A program made the position numbers and the translations under genes. Source: Methanocella sp. (GTDB lineage Archaea; Thermoproteota; Bathyarchaeia; Bathyarchaeales; Bathycorpusculaceae). Taken from it: DNA of 12,974 nt. Shown piece by piece: positions 1 through 6,017 of the stretch. The notes beneath the pieces were generated by a model. It had not been told where the DNA came from. It saw only the letters and a list, made by a program, of their open reading frames with translations, and searched no databases. Within the stretch, counting starts at the first letter, position 1. Every line of letters starts with the position of its first letter. The stretch is taken from positions 1-12,974 of the forward strand of contig JBLNCY010000005.1 in assembly GCA_050261115.1 (NCBI GenBank). Direction: 5' to 3'.

Positions 1-1
1 C

Positions 2-892
2 AATTATTTTTCTTTTAAATTAAATCACTATTTCATCGAGTATAGTGGTAAGTCTTTGCCTTTTAATTTACCACACGAATTTGAAACATTCCTAAAAAAG
101 CAACTGCAACTTCGAGAACAAAATAAAATTATTTTGCCTAATTTTTTTGTTGGTATAGACGTAAAGGATGAGGAGAATAGCCCATTAGCAAATGAAGTAG
201 TAAAAATATACAGACAAGAAAAAGCTCATCAAAAACAATTAATCGATACCGTGATTACCAACGATTTAGGCGTTATTGGACTAAAACTTCAAGAAGGCTC
301 TTACATAGCTGAATTGGATAAATATCGTTTGACGAACTCTTTTAAATTAAAATGGCATTCGACAATAACCTTTACAAAACCCAGTTTCTTGCTGTCGGCA
401 AAGGTGGTTGACCCAGATAACAAACCAATAGATAATATAGAAATACAGATTTCTGCCACTGATGCTTTAAACAAGAAGTTTAGAACAATTGTTAGCAATA
501 ATTTTGAGGATTCTACAATAAAAGTTCCTATGGGGCATTATTTGGTTGAAGTAAGAGATTATAATCTTTCGAGAAATTGCGATATATCGAAAAACTGTAA
601 TGTCAAGTTTACGCTTCCGAGAATATCTGTGAAGGTAGTTGACCCAGACAATAAACAAATAGGCAATATAAAAATTAGGATTAGTTCTATTGGCAATTCA
701 AACCAGAAATTTAAGACAATAGTAAGTAGTAAGTATGGAAATTCAGTTACAACAGTTCCTTTGGGGAATTATTTGGTTGAAATAAAGAAATATAATCTTT
801 CAAAAACCTGCAATTTATCTAAAGACTGTTTTCAAGATAGTTATGTCCTATTTACTCTTCCAAGAAAGCGTCATTGGTGGCAAAAATATTAA
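2..892 (+). CDS. 5'-truncated hypothetical protein with three tandem ~77-80 aa beta-sandwich repeats (prealbumin-like/carboxypeptidase-regulatory-like)
   Basis: The frame is open from base 2 (NYFSFKLNHYFIEYSGKSLPF...), so the TTG at 56 is probably internal. Repeats: IDVKDEENSPL...EGSYIAELDKY, KVVDPDNKPIDNIEIQIS...VPMGHYLVEVRDYNLSRNC, KVVDPDNKQIGNIKIRIS...VPLGNYLVEIKKYNLSKTC. The protein ends in RKRHWWQKY. The fold call is inferred from the VxVxD..xxP...GxYxV pattern. Confidence 0.75.
   Translation, partial: NYFSFKLNHYFIEYSGKSLPFNLPHEFETFLKKQLQLREQNKIILPNFFVGIDVKDEENSPLANEVVKIYRQEKAHQKQLIDTVITNDLGVIGLKLQEGSYIAELDKYRLTNSFKLKWHSTITFTKPSFLLSAKVVDPDNKPIDNIEIQISATDALNKKFRTIVSNNFEDSTIKVPMGHYLVEVRDYNLSRNCDISKNCNVKFTLPRISVKVVDPDNKQIGNIKIRISSIGNSNQKFKTIVSSKYGNSVTTVPLGNYLVEIKKYNLSKTCNLSKDCFQDSYVLFTLPRKRHWWQKY
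401..862 (+). repeat. Intragenic tandem duplication, period 231 bp (77 aa)
   Basis: aaggtggttgacccagataacaaaccaata at 401 recurs as aaggtagttgacccagacaataaacaaata at 632. ggggcattatttggttgaa and ggggaattatttggttgaa, and tttacgcttcc and tttactcttcc, also match. Confidence 0.85.
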
Positions 893-947
893 GGAAGGAA
901 CTTTGCGATAGCAAAACTTAACTTCTTTAAGAATCATCTGGTTTTAG

Positions 948-1166
948 TTGGTGCCGATATTGGAGTACAGTGAAGTGCCTTCTTTGCTTAAAGAGTTATG
1001 GGGTATGAATCTAAAGCCAACGGTTGAAGACAGTTATGGGAAAGCAATGTTGCTTATACAAAAAAGTGAGTTACAGAATGAAAAAGTCCTGAAAACAATC
1101 AAGCTTATAACCAAACAAAAAGAACTCAAACTCATTGATTTTCAGAGCCAAACTGCACTTTATTAA
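948..1166 (+). CDS. Small hypothetical protein (71-72 aa; start TTG 948 or GTG 951)
   Basis: Same strand as its neighbours with a protein-like composition. It is preceded by a BRE/TATA-like GCAAAACTTAA about 30 nt upstream and followed by a T-rich tract. Confidence 0.6.
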   Translation: MVPILEYSEVPSLLKELWGMNLKPTVEDSYGKAMLLIQKSELQNEKVLKTIKLITKQKELKLIDFQSQTALY

Positions 1167-1172
1167 TTTTCT

Positions 1173-1187
1173 AACTTAGTTAGCGAT
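1173..1187 (+). repeat. Left target-site duplication of the IS481 element
   Basis: AACTTAGTTAGCGAT abuts the left end and matches 2116-2130 at 14 of 15 positions. Confidence 0.85.
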
Positions 1188-2115
1188 TGTTCTATCCTAA
1201 AATAGCCTTACACTTTCTGTTTTAGGTATATTTCAGCAGGGGTTAAATAGCCTATTCCCTCATGCGGTCGAGTATAGTTATAGTAACGAATAAAACTCCA
1301 ATGCGTTTGAAACAAATGAGCTTCTATCTGGTAAGCTTTATGAAACGCCTCAATCTTGCCGCAAGTAGTCGGTCTGCGGACACTGGCAGTGATGTGCTCA
1401 ATACCCAACTTCATGCAGTGAAGCCTAAAAGCAGAGGTCCCACCCCTTGCAGGCTTAAACTGCGTACCCTGATCCGTTAAAATCTGACCAGGCACACCAA
1501 ACCGCTTAACAGCCCTATTTAGCAGCATAATAGCGCTCTCACCAGTCGGACTCCAAATCTTAACCGAGCCGGTGATGAAGCGTGAATGGTCATCTTGGTA
1601 GCTGATCATCCAAAAATCATCATCACACAGCTTGAAATCCGCCTGCCAGAGGCTATTGTTGTGTGCTCTCTCAAAACGCTTTGTTCCCCAAGTCTTTCTT
1701 GGAGCTGATATGGGATGGTTCAATCCCGCCTGGCAGATTACAGCATATACTTGATGATGATCAACGTATATGTCTTTGTGGTTTAGGTCGCCTGCTATCT
1801 TTTTGGGTCCCCACTCGTAGCGTTTCCTTAGTTTGATAATTTTCTCTTTTATAGGTTCATCGAGCTGAGGTCCACATGGGCGTCCTTTGGGTTTTTCTTT
1901 TAGCCCTTCCCATCCTTGGGTCTGGTAGCGGTTCCACCAACGGTAGAACATGTCTCTGCTTATCTGAACTGAGGCACATATGTCAGTGACGGACCATCCT
2001 TGTAGTTTCTTTTTTATGATCCATGCTTTGAGTTGATCTATGTCTCTGTCCAATCCCTCTCCACTCTTGCCCTATATTACGATGCAAGAGTGTAAGGCAT
2101 TTTCTGGATAGAACA
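1188..2115 (-). mobile_element. Complete IS481-family insertion sequence (928 bp)
   Basis: Ends are TGT...ACA. Imperfect 27-bp terminal inverted repeats: TGTTCTATCCtaaaataGCCTTACACT (1188-1214) and the reverse complement of 2089-2115, TGTTCTATCCagaaaatGCCTTACACT. Flanking direct repeats are AACTTAGTTAGCGAT (1173-1187) and ACCTTAGTTAGCGAT (2116-2130). It contains a single DDE transposase ORF. Confidence 0.93.
1208..2053 (-). CDS. IS481-family transposase (HTH + rve/DDE integrase core)
   Basis: N-terminal HTH (SVTDICASVQISRDMFYRWWNRY), WGPKKI, and DDE motifs LWQADFK, ILTDQGTQF and GKIEAFH. C-terminal YYNYTRPHEGIGYLTP. The TTG start is preceded by GGAGAGGG. Confidence 0.95.
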   Translation of the reverse strand: MDRDIDQLKAWIIKKKLQGWSVTDICASVQISRDMFYRWWNRYQTQGWEGLKEKPKGRPCGPQLDEPIKEKIIKLRKRYEWGPKKIAGDLNHKDIYVDHHQVYAVICQAGLNHPISAPRKTWGTKRFERAHNNSLWQADFKLCDDDFWMISYQDDHSRFITGSVKIWSPTGESAIMLLNRAVKRFGVPGQILTDQGTQFKPARGGTSAFRLHCMKLGIEHITASVRRPTTCGKIEAFHKAYQIEAHLFQTHWSFIRYYNYTRPHEGIGYLTPAEIYLKQKV

Positions 2116-2130
2116 ACCTTAGTTAGCGAT
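2116..2130 (+). repeat. Right target-site duplication of the IS481 element
   Basis: ACCTTAGTTAGCGAT abuts the right end and matches 1173-1187 at 14 of 15 positions. Confidence 0.85.
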
Positions 2131-2145
2131 GGAAAAGCTTAAAAA
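2126..2145 (+). promoter_or_regulatory. Putative archaeal BRE/TATA promoter of the 2177 ORF
   Basis: GGAAAAGCTTAAAAA is a purine-rich BRE plus TTAAAA about 35 nt upstream of the ATG. It is similar to 905-921. Confidence 0.5.
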
Positions 2146-2176
2146 TTGATTAATTCAAGAGGGTTCGGTAAGTCAA

Positions 2177-2926
2177 ATGTCAAGAAAGTCTTGGGAAATT
2201 GGCGTTGCTGTGGTTCTAATTAGTATAGTCTTAATTTGGCAAAGTCCAAATATTATCTCAGCGATTAAATCTTCGAATCCAAATCAAAGCCCAACAGATT
2301 TGCCCTCCAATACAACAAATACGCCAATACCAACCTTGCGACCAGCCAACTTTAAAATATCTTTAGGAGATACACACGGCACAGTGACTCAAGGAAATCA
2401 AATCCAAACACAAGTCTATATACAAGGAATTGATGGCGAACCTCTTGCAGTTAGCCTAAACGGTGATTCAGGTTCAAGTGGAATAAAATGTAGTTTCTTA
2501 CCGTCTTCACGTGTACCAGATTTTTCAAGTATTCTAACAATGCAAGTGTCTGCTTCAACGCCCACAAATATTTATCAGGTGACGGTTTCTGCTTCTGACG
2601 GCGAAATAACTCATACTGTAACTTATACTGTTTCGGTATTGAGTGCTGAAGTCCATGTCTCAGGAACGTTCAGTGGCATTTTGGTAAATAGTAATGGATA
2701 TAGTAATTTCCAAAATATTGTATTCGTTGATAAGGCGACAGGGGCACAATATTCAGGTATAATGTATGGAACATATCGTAGCTCATACAGTATAACTTTG
2801 GAAAATGGACATACATATGAAGTTCGGGGAAATAATAGTGACGGAACAACAAGATACGGCTTAGGTGAAATTTATGTTTATGCCGCCGCTGGACAGGATA
2901 TAATGACAAAGGACTTTTTAATGTAA
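2177..2926 (+). CDS. Membrane-anchored/secreted hypothetical protein with Ser/Thr-rich Ig-like beta-sandwich domains
   Basis: N-terminal hydrophobic helix (IGVAVVLISIVLIW), a Pro/Thr linker (SPTDLPSNTTNTPIPT) and beta-rich domains (ILTMQVSASTPTNIYQVTVSASDGEITHTVTYTVSV). Confidence 0.85.
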   Translation: MSRKSWEIGVAVVLISIVLIWQSPNIISAIKSSNPNQSPTDLPSNTTNTPIPTLRPANFKISLGDTHGTVTQGNQIQTQVYIQGIDGEPLAVSLNGDSGSSGIKCSFLPSSRVPDFSSILTMQVSASTPTNIYQVTVSASDGEITHTVTYTVSVLSAEVHVSGTFSGILVNSNGYSNFQNIVFVDKATGAQYSGIMYGTYRSSYSITLENGHTYEVRGNNSDGTTRYGLGEIYVYAAAGQDIMTKDFLM

Positions 2927-2980
2927 GAATCAAGTTACTTATCCCAAGTAACATTTGGATGTTGAATCTAAAGACAATCC

Positions 2981-3000
2981 TTTTAAGCGGTTGCTTAAAA
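2981..3000. promoter_or_regulatory. Palindromic promoter/operator upstream of the 3020 ORF
   Basis: TTTTAAGC-GGTT-GCTTAAAA has perfect 8-bp arms, each containing a TATA-like TTAA, and ends 19 nt before ATG 3020. Confidence 0.45.
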
Positions 3001-3019
3001 CAACACACTTGAGATAAAA

Positions 3020-3388
3020 ATGGCTGAACTGACCAAAGAGGAACAAAAGGTTCAAGCTGTTATTGATAACATAGAAGCGTTTACCAGAAATAAAGCCGCT
3101 TATGAGAAACTTCATGAAAAACTTCATGTGAGCCTTGAGAAGCCAAATGAAAGCAAAAATGATTATTCTACCGCATGGGAAGCAATCAAATTATTTTTAG
3201 CTTCGGTGTTAGGTGCTGTTGGCGGAGTGTTAATAGGCGAACTCGGTAAGAATTGGGATTCGTTACTTTTTGTTGAGACTATAGCTGTCCTTTTTGTTTC
3301 TTCAATTATTTTTGCAGGAATCACTTTTTATTTGCCCAATTGGCGAAAGAAAAGAAAAAGCAATAAGTCTACAAATCAACCTATTTAA
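3020..3388 (+). CDS. Hypothetical membrane protein with two transmembrane helices
   Basis: Charged helical N-terminus, two hydrophobic stretches (LFLASVLGAVGGVLIG and LLFVETIAVLFVSSIIFAGITFYL) and a basic tail (WRKKRKSNK). Confidence 0.8.
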   Translation: MAELTKEEQKVQAVIDNIEAFTRNKAAYEKLHEKLHVSLEKPNESKNDYSTAWEAIKLFLASVLGAVGGVLIGELGKNWDSLLFVETIAVLFVSSIIFAGITFYLPNWRKKRKSNKSTNQPI

Positions 3389-3536
3389 ATCGGAAAAGCA
3401 GCAAACAATTTTTAGCTTGGGAATTTTTTAGGTAAGCCTCTTCGAACAATCATTTATAAATTCTCAGGAAACCCAATGGTTTTTTCAGCGCCCTGATTTT
3501 TGAGAGGAGGAGCGTGGCACTTTCAAGCGTTTTATT

Positions 3537-4449
3537 CTAGAAACCCAAAATACTGCTTAGTAAGTCTCTGAAATCATGTGGGTAATAGTTCTTATCAGTT
3601 GCATCCTTGCCAAACGCTGAAATGCAAGCATTCTTTAAGACAGCGTTAAAGGTTTGTTTCTGCTTGCCTTTTTCGCTACCGCAAACGTTCTTTTTATATT
3701 CAACAAACAGCGGAGTTTTTCCGTCACATGGCAGTCCTAAATTTGCTAATTCCAGCTTATACGCTTCTAATTTCTCCACTGCATAAGAATGTAAGAAGCC
3801 TACATGATGGGCTTTAGCATATTTGCCTTTTCTATGTCCTTAAGGTTCTCAGCTGAAATCTCAAACCATAATGGAACTTGGCTGTCGCCTGTTGGTTTCA
3901 AGTCTTCCCAATTCAGTTTTAAACTCTGACTGGGGAAGATTCAAGCAACCAAACAAAAAACCTGTCCCTTGCGTTAGTCATGGCTTTTTCAATTTCAATG
4001 CAGTCTTTCAGGGATGGGCTTTTCTGTTCCTTGATGCGTTTCTTTTCAGTGATAAAAGTTCTTGCAGTTTCCTTATGCAACTCTCTCATGTTGGAAGCAT
4101 AGAACTTCTGACAGAAACAGCAGTGGTCTTGCGGATTGTGTAAGGCACTGATTCATCCGCTATGTAGCTGATTAACAGCTTATCGCCTTTATCCTCATCA
4201 AGATTTTCGTTTTTAGCTATTTCTCTCTGCTTAGGCTTGAAGCTTAGCAATTCATCTAAGTTAGGATTTCTAAAGAACCGCTTAGAATGTCTTTTTTATT
4301 GAGATACTGGCAGTAGTTGAAAAGGCTGTTAGTGTAGTTTAGTGCGGTTTGTTGGCTGTCTTTCAGTTACTGTTATTGAACCGCTTACCAGATTCAAACG
4401 ACAACAGCCATGCTTTAGTCATATCAGCCTTAGTTATTGATTCAGTCAT
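3537..4449 (-). pseudogene. Tyrosine recombinase/integrase pseudogene with multiple frameshifts
   Basis: My manual translation across frames from ATG 4449 (GGTG upstream): MTESITKADMTKAWLLSFES / SQQTALNYTNSLFNYCQYLNK / LDELLSFKPK...TTAVSVRS / FYASNMREL...KSPSLKDCIEIEKAMTNARDRFFVWLLESSPVRV / LKLNWEDLKP...SAENLK / GHRKGKYAKAHHVGFLHSYAVEKLEAYK...TPLFV...YYPHDFRDLLSS*. This gives an N-terminal core-binding region, the catalytic Arg box and HxxR (HDFR). The catalytic Tyr region is not recoverable. Confidence 0.85.
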
Positions 4450-4514
4450 TATGCACCAAGCCCTTGAGTAATCAGACCATTATTTAAGTCTTAAAAATAG
4501 CCAAAAAAGCCCAA

Positions 4515-4536
4515 TGTTTAATCAGTTGATTAAACA
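4515..4536. repeat. Perfect 10-bp inverted repeat (putative operator or recombinase-binding site)
   Basis: TGTTTAATCA-GT-TGATTAAACA, about 65-90 nt upstream of the integrase start. Confidence 0.6.
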
Positions 4537-4836
4537 GAGGATAATACAAGTCGCTTTTAAAAAAGAAGCTTTCTTTTTGGCTGATGGCTTGGTTAGATAT
4601 TTTGCTCATTTCTGAGTTTTTATTCGGTGTGTGAATATTTCTCTCATGTCTTAACATTTTTTTAAAAAAAATATTTTTTTTTCAGTAAGTGTTAGTTTCT
4701 CCGACTGATAGAGCAGCGCTTGACATATGTTTCCCAAGAATAGTGCTTAGAAGTAGCAATGATTTGCCACTCTTGCGCTTTATGTTTTGTGATATCCTTA
4801 AGTGGGTTAAAGGGAATTGCTGCATAGAGCGAATAA

Positions 4837-4909
4837 GCGAGGGATCTCCACTAATTGGTCAGCGGGGGCTGCCTCTTCGCCGTTAAAGGTTCAAATCCCA
4901 TCCCTGCGC
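4837..4909 (+). pseudogene. Degenerate tRNA-like sequence (Leu/Ser-like), possible att remnant
   Basis: 73 nt long. 5' GCGAGGGAT pairs with 3' ATCCCTGCGC with one bulge. It has a D-loop-like TTGGTCA and a T-loop GGTTCAAATCCC, but the T-stem is mismatched and no anticodon arm is recognisable. It lies next to the integrase remnant. Confidence 0.5.
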
Positions 4910-4957
4910 GAACTTCATCCGCGATTCGAGGCAACTAAAAAGCGGCTTGTTAAATGT

Positions 4958-5719
4958 TTATAATTGGCTGCCCGGCAGATGCGATTTCATGGGCGCAAGG
5001 CAGTACAATGCCCAGCCCATATATTGACTTTGGAACTGTAAATAGTCATCTTGGTCAGCGCGGAAGAACTTGAAAACCTGTTCGCGGTCAGGGTGCATGG
5101 GGTTTTCTTCCAGCCAACGTATCAGTCCATACCAACTATCGGAAACGTATCGGTCCCAGTCATCGCGACTGGAACGGATGATGTATTCGAGTTCAAAGCC
5201 TTCTTTTCGGGTAAACTCTGCCAATTCTGGTTCCGTGTAGGTGCTTGCCTGTTTTTGGGCATATTGCGGATGTACTTGATTGCTAAGCCAATGGGTTTCG
5301 CCGATGCCTAAACGTCCATTCTGGTCCACGGCTCGCTTCATCGCTTTTATTGTCTGCTGGAAGCCGCCGAAAGCAAAAGTTGCTCCGATACATGTTGCAG
5401 CATCAAACGAGCCTTCTTCGAACGTGTAGTCAGAGGCCGGGGAGCATACGATTTCGATTTGCCCCGATAACCCTTTCGTAGCCAGCTTATCTTTCGCTCG
5501 ATTACAGAAATCCCTTGATATGTCTATGCCGACACCGATGATATCGAATTTCTCGGCCCAGAGAATGAGAGATTCAGCGCAGCCGCAACCGAAATCGATG
5601 ACTCGACTGCCTTTTTTTAGCTTGAGTAGTTTGCCGAGTTGGACGATTTTTTCTGGTGTAGTTGGATCGAGTAGTTCCATGTAGCGGTGCGATATACACA
5701 TTAGGTCAAAGAATTCCAT
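4958..5719 (-). CDS. Class I SAM-dependent methyltransferase (YjhP-like)
   Basis: Motif I VIDFGCGCAE, GVGIDIS, FDAATCIGATFAFGG, GRLGIGETHW and DWDRY...WLEENP...MGWALY. This pattern resembles E. coli YjhP as I recall it. An AAGGAG ribosome-binding site lies upstream. Confidence 0.9.
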   Translation of the reverse strand: MEFFDLMCISHRYMELLDPTTPEKIVQLGKLLKLKKGSRVIDFGCGCAESLILWAEKFDIIGVGIDISRDFCNRAKDKLATKGLSGQIEIVCSPASDYTFEEGSFDAATCIGATFAFGGFQQTIKAMKRAVDQNGRLGIGETHWLSNQVHPQYAQKQASTYTEPELAEFTRKEGFELEYIIRSSRDDWDRYVSDSWYGLIRWLEENPMHPDREQVFKFFRADQDDYLQFQSQYMGWALYCLAPMKSHLPGSQL

Positions 5720-5982
5720 GTTTGATGACTCCTTTAGGCAATAGTAACTTCATGTTAAAGCCAGCTATTAAAGAAGTTAATGCCCGCTCTATCTGTTGAA
5801 CTTAACTGTACGGCAATTGAGCGACTGAAAATTAAGAAAAGAAGCTCTTGCCAATGTAAAGGGGTAGCTGCCAATGTCTTCCAACTGAAAAACCACTGCA
5901 ACCCTCTTCCAAGAACAGACCGCCAGTGCAAACGCCCACACCAGTACTGGAACATATAAAAAGCAGATTTCTGCAATAGCGC

Positions 5983-5990
5983 TTTTATAA
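5983..5990 (+). promoter_or_regulatory. Putative TATA box for the helicase gene (short or no leader)
   Basis: TTTTATAA lies about 28-35 nt upstream of TTG 6018. Confidence 0.45.
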
Positions 5991-6017
5991 TAACAAAGTA
6001 ATTGTAGCTGGAAAAAG

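Noticed and set aside
3871-4143. 90-aa plus-strand ORF
   Set aside because: It is the antisense shadow of the integrase pseudogene, whose motifs are on the minus strand.
4656-4682. T/A homopolymer palindrome
   Set aside because: This is low-complexity sequence, so the symmetry is expected by chance.
4689-4886. 65-aa ORF overlapping the tRNA-like sequence
   Set aside because: It has a TTG start, no recognisable motifs, and runs into the RNA-like element.
4837-4909. Functional tRNA gene
   Set aside because: The T-stem and acceptor stem are imperfect and no 7-nt anticodon loop can be assigned, so it is reported only as a remnant.
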